This document shows, piece by piece, positions 61,523-64,000 of a stretch of DNA of 64,000 nucleotides. Made by a program: the position numbers and the translations under genes. This DNA is from Marsupella aquatica (Eukaryota; Plantae; Marchantiophyta). The notes beneath the pieces are model-generated. The model was given only the letters and a program-made list of their open reading frames with translations. It had not been told where the DNA came from and ran no database searches. The stretch covers positions 5,292,510 to 5,356,509 of the forward strand of contig OZ316892.1 in NCBI GenBank assembly GCA_973895155.1, given 5' to 3'. Position 1 is the stretch's first letter; every line of letters starts with the position of its first letter.

Positions 61523-64000
61523 TTAACAAACGGGAGTGAGGACAGGTTTTCCTGCGAAGTGAGCTTCCAGGTTGGCCACAACCAAATCTACCATCGCCTG
61601 TTGTGTTTCCATGTCACCACTCCTGGGATAGGCATGGGAGTGCAGAACACAAGTGTCGAAGTTTATCAACTCATCAGGTACCTGACCTTCATTCTCAAAC
61701 ACATTCAGACCTACGCCTGCAATTCGACCGTCCTTCAGGGCACTGGCAAGCGCCTTTTCGTCGATCACTGGGCCGCTCGACACGTTCACCACGAAACCTT
61801 GCGGCCCCAGGGCGTCCAGTACTTCACGGTTGATGATCTTCGTCGTCTCCTCTGTCAAAGCACACCCTACGATGAGGATGTCGCTGTGCCTGGCAAGATC
61901 TACCACGTCGTTGAAGTACACGTAGTTGGGGTACATGGGATTTTGTGATCTACAGCAATACCCTATGGTGCATTTGAAGTTCTCCATCTTCTTCGCTATG
62001 GCAGCTCCGATTGGCTCCAGCCCAACGATTCCAACGTGTTTGTTGCACAACTGTGGTCATCAACACAAACAGGAAAAAAGTCGGACACATTTTCCAGCTC
62101 AAACTGCTCAGACACAAGAACCCTTGCTCAGCCCAAAGCAATTGCAACAACGCAAATAAGTTTCAGAGAAACCAACGTATTCGAAGCGACGATTACAGGT
62201 GGAACATCACCAAGTCAAGCATCTACAGCATAATTATCGCTGTTGTACAAACACCTGAATAAAATCTTAGACAACACCATTCCGTAGTTGGTGTCTCACT
62301 ACTACAAAGATTGGCATGGGTAGTCCGCAAAAGTCCCATTGTTTGGTGCTAGTAATGAATTCTCTGTACAGCTCCACGAGACCAAATAAATGCTCCTACT
62401 GTAAGTGTCCTAGACACTGTTCTATGAAAGGACTCATGATAGGCAGTACAAAACTTTATATAGAAGTCGAGTGTACATCAGTATATGTGCACATATTATT
62501 TAACTCTACACATTATAGAAAGTACCAAAACAATTTAAATTCCACAAGGGCAAGTTATGTAATATTTCCAGTTACGTTCCCTGGCTTACTCCACTCACCC
62601 AAGCAAAGGAACTTTCTCAAGTCACAGTAATAAAATTATTTGAGAACTTTCTAAGATCAGTACAAGTCTAAGGATGCCCATCTATTATCCATTTTGCAAG
62701 AATGTCGAGAATTGATCCAAAAAATGATTGAAGTAGATATATCTGTGGTACAATAGGACCAGATTACCAAAAAAGCAAAACCAAATACAAAGGATTTAGA
62801 GTAAAAGAGGTATAGTCACAGTCACAGAGAAGACAGTGAATTTTTGGCCATTTTGGTTGAGTTTTACATCTTTCACAAATTGCAGAGTAGTAATTCCCAG
62901 TAAATTCACAACAGATTAATTTTCATTATGTTCATATGAAATATTCAAATTTGTGTTTTCTTATGTACTCTAGTTGCCTTGCAGGTGCCAACCTATATTT
63001 TCATTGTACTACTCATAATCACCTATGAGTTCATTATGGGATGCAATGCCCCAAACAACGAGACATTCAGCTTGAGCTTTGAGGGCTATTACTGCCCAAA
63101 ATGCTTCAAAACAACACCTTAGTACACTTAAAGATCTAATACATTTTAATTTTTCTTCTTAATTTTAGTGACAGTAGAGAAAGTCAGCATTATCCCTGTG
63201 ACAAATACCAAAAATAATAAAATCACGACAACGAGACATTCTTGAGGCGCTACTCTTGTCCAAAATGCCAAGATTTCAGTACGATTACTTTAAGAGATCT
63301 GTTTGCTTCTTCTTAATTTCAGTAACCGAGAGGAAAATCAGCATTATTGACATACAGCATACTAAGAGAAAAATGACGAAGGGCATTGAGAAAAGAAATT
63401 ATGGCGAAGGGCATTGAGGAAAGAAATTATGACGAAGGGCATTGAGAAAAGAAAAAATGGCGAAAGGCATTGAGAAAAGAAATTATGACGAAGGGCATTG
63501 AGCAAAGAAACTATGACGAAGGGCATCGAGAAAAGAAACTATGACGAAGGGCATTGAGAAAAGAAAAGAAAAGAAAATATGAAGAAGGGCATTGAGAAAA
63601 GAACTTTGACGAAGGGCATCGAGAAAAGAAACTATGACGAAGGGCATTGAGAAAAGAAAAAATGAGGAAGGGCATTGAGCCATTGAGAAAAGAAATAAAA
63701 GACACGCACCCTGTATGGCATGGAATAATTGCCTTCGGACGGCCATCTGCAGGCACGAACGTAGTGCCCCACCGTGCACACCTCTCGAGAAATCGCCATC
63801 AGCAGCCTTTGCGCCGTGGTCGCGTACAAGTACGTGAGCGCATCGCGAGTGTCGGTCACCTCCACTCCCAGCTTTTTGCACAGCTGAAGGTCCACCGCCT
63901 TCCTCACATCCTTGTGGTCGAAGGACGACACGATCTCCAAATTCGGCAGCTTCTTCACGAACCCTCTCTCGACCACCGTCGCATCGCAGTTCGGAGGCTG
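61523..64000 (-). CDS. Divergent hydroxyphenylpyruvate/hydroxypyruvate reductase-like D-2-hydroxyacid dehydrogenase, 5' end outside the window (exons >64000-63710, 62050-61523)
   Basis: LPNLEIVSSF, SDILIVGCALTEETTKIINREVLDALGP.G and DLVVANLEAHFAGKPVLTPV closely match plant HPPR/HPR2. Phase-0 intron 63709-62051 (AGG|gtgcgt ... ccacag|TTG). Key residues are altered (see findings). Confidence 0.85.
63373..63697. repeat. Minisatellite, 28-bp unit, ~11 copies, in the intron of the HPPR-like gene
   Basis: atgacgaagggcattgagaaaagaaa(t/c)t repeated head-to-tail, starting at 63373, 63401, 63429, 63457, 63485, 63513, 63541 and onward. Confidence 0.95.

Noticed and set aside
63373-63697. 28-bp repeats resembling a CRISPR array
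   Set aside because: Units are head-to-tail with no unique spacers, lie in a eukaryotic intron, and have no cas genes nearby.

Overview
Eukaryotic plant nuclear DNA with GT-AG introns. A non-seed land plant such as a bryophyte is plausible, but that is inference only. Eight protein-coding genes can be reconstructed: two tandem alpha-expansins (+), a double-hotdog acyl-CoA thioesterase (-), a PLS-class DYW PPR protein (-), a small conserved plant protein (-), acetylornithine aminotransferase (+), a CRAL-TRIO/Sec14 protein (-), and the 3' part of a divergent HPPR/HPR2-like 2-hydroxyacid dehydrogenase (-). A three-layer retrotransposon nest occupies ~48.2-60 kb: an inverted solo LTR inside the 5' LTR of a Ty1/copia element, which sits inside the RT of a truncated Ty3/gypsy element, with both TSDs visible. 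The strongest finding is hidden from the ORF track. A spliced 5' extension of the DYW-PPR gene encodes a complete OSB-type PDF single-stranded-DNA-binding motif (LW..FFSDPSRWWDHR..K/..PRYPDFKHRKT..SLWL...PPWV), fused to a short PPR array and an intact cytidine deaminase domain. Secondary findings are an intact-frame but catalytically degenerate HPPR-like gene, a fold-back LTR that could produce siRNAs, and several tandem arrays, one with a template-switch inversion. All gene models were read by eye and none has been checked against transcripts or databases.
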